Shown one piece after another: positions 61,830-64,000 of a DNA stretch of 64,000 nucleotides. Position numbers and translations under genes: made by a program. Under the pieces are notes generated by a model. The model was not told where the DNA came from and did not search any database. It saw only the letters and a list, made by a program, of their open reading frames with translations. Where the stretch lies: the NCBI RefSeq assembly GCF_000315625.1, contig NW_005434464.1, forward strand, positions 1 through 64,000, given 5' to 3'. This DNA comes from Guillardia theta CCMP2712. Its lineage: Eukaryota > Protista > Cryptophyta. Position 1 is the first letter of the stretch; every line of letters starts with the position of its first letter.

Positions 61830-64000
61830 CATGCGCAGCTTCAGCAATGCCGAGTACGAGGAGGCGAAGCGGCGGGTGAGGCGACAAACACAAGGCCCTC
61901 CTCCTACCAGCCATGCAGGAGCTCTTGATAGAGCCGGTACCAGCTTCGAGCCTCGCTCCTCTCCTCCTTCCTTGCTGTTCTCTTTGGTACCACCATCGGT
62001 TACGAACACCTCATCTGCCATCCTTTCCTCGTCCTCCTCCTCATCATCTTCTCCGCCCTTGAATGCTTCTTCGCCTTATTACCTTTTCTTCTTCTTGACC
62101 TTCTCGAATCCTCACGTCGCGGCTGCCTGCCCTTACCTCGCCCTGTCCCAACTTCACTCCCTCGTCTGCTGTCGCAGTTTCTTCCTCCCGTGGTTCTGCT
62201 CTGCCTGAAAAGGTTTCAGGGACGCCCAAGGCAGAGCTGTATGATTTTGTGTTGGTGCTGCAAGCTCAAGTGAAGGTAGAGAGGAGACTTTGTTCTGACT
62301 TCATTCGTAACCATCAACCACAGGAGCTTCATGAAAACATCATGACAAGACTTTCGTCTCATACTCAGACTCAATCCTTGTTCAATGTATCTTTCTTCTG
62401 CACTGCTTCCCCTCACGATAACAAGCTGCTGACAGGCTGACTTCAAAGAGATTCAACTCCACATTGACAGGCTGATCATCAACCAGCAAACACAGCAGGA
62501 GAAGCATGTAGAGATCTCTTGCATGACGAGCTCAACTCATGAGTGTCTGATTTCAGGAGCGGGAGATTTCAAAGTTGGAAGCAGAAAAGCAGAGCATTCT
62601 CGATGGTTTTATCTGAAGAAAGTTCTGCCGCTAGTGTGATGAGCTCTCAGATCTGAAACGTGAACATGTTGAAAACTTGAAGACTATGCAACTTGGGCAC
62701 ATGAAGCAAGTCCAGGTGCTGAGGGTGTGCGATTTTTTGGTTTCTTTGAGAGAAAAGTGCAGGATATGCTGGAAAAGGAAGAGGAGGAAAGGAAGCAGTG
62801 GGAAGAAAAGCTGCGCGGTGAGAAGGAGTCGTCGCAAGAAAACTTGATCGAGTTAGAGAAGCGGTTGCGAGCGATTCATGAGAACGAGATGGACGATATG
62901 GAGCAGAGGCACGAGCAACGACTGGAAGATGTAGGTGCGTTGTAACATGGCGGTCTGATGACGAGAATGTATCAGTTGAAGGAAAAGCTGCTGAAGGAGC
63001 ATGAGGAGGACAAGCAGGTGATGGTTGGTTGCTCAGCCTCCTTGTGCTCATGCCGTCCGTACTAGAATGCTCTGAAAAGACTCGAAGTTGAACTTGAACA
63101 AGACTTTGAAGCTCGATTGGAAGCAAACAGAAGGTTTGGATGTAGAACTTGATCTCTCACTCTCCAATAGTTCAATCTTCATACAATTGCTGCGGCGGAT
63201 TGTTGCTCTTTGCCTTCAAAGATGCTCATTTTTGACTTGAGCTTCAGCAAACTCGAGGAGGAGCATCAGAAGAAGTTGATGCATCTGCGATCAGAACTCA
63301 GCCAGGCCATGAAGGAGCTCAACGACGCCAAGTATGCTTCGTGCATGACAAGTGCCGTAATGTGGCATGACCACTGGCTCAGGTCAAGGCTAACGCAGGA
63401 AGTCAACTCAAGAGCCCAACAGATGGCGGAGGATGAAGTTAGGATGGAGAAGCCGCGTTGGTTGCAACCTGATCCTCTCGCAGATCAACCGGCTCAATGA
63501 CGAGCACAACTCCTTCCTCGTCTCCCACAGACGGTTCAGCCGCCTTGAGGTCGGCTGCTTGCATGTCAACCCCCCCCCTACCCTTCCGTGCTGATGCAAC
63601 ACAACAGAGAAAGGAGATCAAAGAGCTCGTGAACAAAGTGGACGCCCACCAGCTCCAGCTCGACGTCGTGTGCGAGAGAGTGCGGGTATTCTACTCCATG
63701 TCTTCCTCCATTTCCGTCATCCTCACACTCTCAGGATATGGTGGGAAGGCACAGTCAGCAAGTTTCGACCATCAAGGTGATGGTGGAACAGTTGAGTGTA
63801 GCAGAGAGTGAGGGCGGGAAGCAGGACGAGTCTCGGCGACTGATGGAGGGGGTCAAGCAAGCTTATCTAGAAGAGCTGCGCATGTTCAACCAACGCATGC
63901 GGCAAGTGATGGAGGCCAAGGAGACCAAGGAGGTGAGTGGGAGGAGAAGGGAGGAGAGAAATAGGGGAGCGGAGGGGAGCGGAGGGGAGCGGAGGGGAGC
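61830..64000 (+). CDS. Coiled-coil protein, multi-exon, runs off the window
   Basis: E/K/Q-rich exons separated by short GT-AG introns. Confidence 0.5.

Overview
Eukaryotic nuclear DNA from a gene-dense protist. Short (about 45 nt) spliceosomal introns, TTTAGGG telomere repeats, ciliary genes and a bipartite plastid-type presequence suggest a cryptophyte such as Guillardia (inference). The window starts near a left chromosome end, where two diverged head-to-tail copies of an element encoding an RRM-like, ORF1/Gag-type protein are separated by (CCCTAAA)n tracts. Ordinary genes follow: KLHDC4, MKS1, an ammonium transporter, a discoidin-like/HEAT protein, an FAD oxidoreductase, mitochondrial L12 and L11, a TTLL, PAT1, an ankyrin protein, a CRAL-TRIO protein, an ARM-repeat protein, an ABCB10-like transporter and HEI10. 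An accessory block at 19.5-29.9 kb holds a frameshifted CRE-type (RT + restriction-like endonuclease) non-LTR retrotransposon next to an AT-rich, intronless, virus-like fragment. That fragment carries a collagen/PA14/LamG fibre-like gene and ends in a perfect 51-bp palindrome. Several intergenic GC-rich mosaic tracts are built from short perfect palindromes, and one contains a repeat-spacer-like array of the retrotransposon's 3'-terminal 20-40 nt. Exon boundaries were read by eye, so gene spans are approximate.
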